Below are positions 62,705 through 64,000 of a stretch of DNA of 64,000 nt, in pieces. A program made the translations under genes and the position numbers. This stretch comes from Nemertoderma westbladi (taxonomy: Eukaryota > Animalia > Xenacoelomorpha): the NCBI GenBank assembly GCA_032718475.1, contig JAUCBJ010000200.1, positions 35,054 through 99,053 of the forward strand, written 5' to 3'. Under the pieces are notes generated by a model, which had not been told where the DNA came from, made no database searches, and saw nothing but the letters and a program-made list of their open reading frames with translations. The stretch's first letter is position 1, and each line of letters starts with the position of its first letter.

Positions 62705-64000
62705 TCACATGGCCGGTGTGATTTTGTTGAGGGGAGGGTGGTGGAGATTGATGAGGACGGACTCGGTGTTGATACGTCGGTAATGGTTGCGGAACTGTTT
62801 AATGCAGGTGATGTTAAGGTCATCGAGGGGGCAGTCTACGAAGTGTTGCAGTAGGAGAACTTCTGGGTCAGAGGTGTCGAGCCCTTTTCGTGCGTCTCTT
62901 ATGGCGGATCGGTGCGTGTTCAGCCGTTTGTGTATGTATTGTTCAGTCTGTCCCAGGTACCATTGTTTGGGGTGGGATTTACATGTGATCATGTAAAGTA
63001 CGTTGTGTGTTTTACAGTCGAAAGGGCCTGTGATCCGTTGGCCCCATGGGGTGGTGGAGGGGTTGGCAATTGCTTTGCAGCAAAGGCATCGGGGTTTGCG
63101 GCAGGGTTCATTGCCGGTGGTGCGGTGGGGTACTGTTTTGCGGATGAGCATCTGACCAAGGTTGGGCAGATTGCGGGGAACTGGTATAATGCAAATCTGG
63201 TTGTCGTTTAGAAATTTTTTGTGTCGCTTAATGGTATTAGTAAGGATGTTCAAGAAATGGGGCGTGGTCGCAAGGTAGATTGGGGGGAGTGTTTGGGGGA
63301 TGACGGTGGGGGGGTTGCATGGTAGCCGGGGTTCAGGATTCCAGGCGTAGAGTTGCAGGAGGAAGTTGAGTGGATAACCTCTGAGTTTGCATAGTTCCAG
63401 ATAGGAGTGTCGGGCTAGATTGAACTGGTGGTCATTATCAGTGAGGCGTCGGTATCTAAGTATTTCGGATTTAACAACAGCTAAGAGTGATGGTTTATGG
63501 TGGTAACTAGAGTACAGGATTGGGAGTTTATTGGATGTCGGTTTTTTATAAAGTTTAGTTAGGAGAGAGTTGTGGTGGCGGTATATTGTGACGTCTAGGT
63601 AGTTCATTTGGGTGTAGGAGAATTCAGTCGTAAATTGTACATCGTTGGTGTGGTATAATTGTTCGCATGCTGTGTTAAGGTTGTGAGTGAGGGTGTCGAT
63701 CTGCTGGGGGGTAAGGTGTTGGTCGTAAATGAGTAAACTGTCGTCGACTAGAGTACGGAAGAATGTGTGTGAGAATAGTGTAACGTTCAGAGCCCTATGG
63801 ATGATTTTGGATGTGGTTAATACGGCATAGTCTCCACTGTGGGAGCCGCCCATGGGTGCCCCGGCAATCTGTAAATAGAATTTTTGGTCAAATTGGAAGT
63901 AGTTATGATACAGTAAAAAGCGGAGTATGAGGCATAGTTGATGGGGTGTGTATATGGATCGGTAAGGTAGTGATGGATCCTCTGTGAGTGCCTCCATAGT
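62705..64000 (-). CDS. Penelope-like element: RT C-terminal half plus GIY-YIG endonuclease (5' part outside the window)
   Basis: YLQIAGAPMGG, RTLVDD, NYLDV, LYKKPT, CRKPRCLCC, NVLYMITC..HPKQWYLGQT..RLNTH. Confidence 0.93.
   Translation of the reverse strand, partial: TMEALTEDPSLPYRSIYTPHQLCLILRFLLYHNYFQFDQKFYLQIAGAPMGGSHSGDYAVLTTSKIIHRALNVTLFSHTFFRTLVDDSLLIYDQHLTPQQIDTLTHNLNTACEQLYHTNDVQFTTEFSYTQMNYLDVTIYRHHNSLLTKLYKKPTSNKLPILYSSYHHKPSLLAVVKSEILRYRRLTDNDHQFNLARHSYLELCKLRGYPLNFLLQLYAWNPEPRLPCNPPTVIPQTLPPIYLATTPHFLNILTNTIKRHKKFLNDNQICIIPVPRNLPNLGQMLIRKTVPHRTTGNEPCRKPRCLCCKAIANPSTTPWGQRITGPFDCKTHNVLYMITCKSHPKQWYLGQTEQYIHKRLNTHRSAIRDARKGLDTSDPEVLLLQHFVDCPLDDLNITCIKQFRNHYRRINTESVLINLHHPPLNKITPAM

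Overview
AT-rich, transposon-dense animal (invertebrate-like) genomic DNA. Two conserved intronless host genes are present: Ssu72 CTD phosphatase (19633-20256) and the PP4 catalytic subunit (24994-25917). There are also two candidate small genes, a secreted prepropeptide at 32911-33153 and a tail-anchored membrane micro-protein at 60148-60366. The region between about 13 and 38 kb is bracketed by two divergent, head-to-head copies of one giant BEL/Pao LTR-retrotransposon family. Copy B (38113-57479, AAATG TSD, 1.18-kb LTRs) is full length but disrupted, carries an extra non-env ORF and hosts a nested P-element. Copy A (runs off the left edge, 5' LTR 11751-12969) keeps an intact 1408-aa Gag-protease ORF from which RT/RNase H and integrase were removed by in-frame deletions, and it hosts a nested full-length LINE. 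Three observations stand out. (1) Neither BEL copy has a tRNA-type primer-binding site. In each copy the bases directly after the 5' LTR are instead the exact reverse complement of a segment about 440 nt into its own LTR, with different but co-varying sequences in the two copies. This is the signature of Tf1-like self-priming, here in a BEL/Pao element. (2) The nested LINE has ORF1 and an AUG-less ORF2 in one frame, separated only by UGA-CAA-CCA, a TMV-type readthrough signal. (3) The P-element carries six ~82-nt repeats that fold into a co-varying kink-turn/UUCG hairpin. The rest is decayed LINEs, a Penelope element, MITEs, SINE fragments and minisatellites. All alignments were made by eye; no database searches were run.
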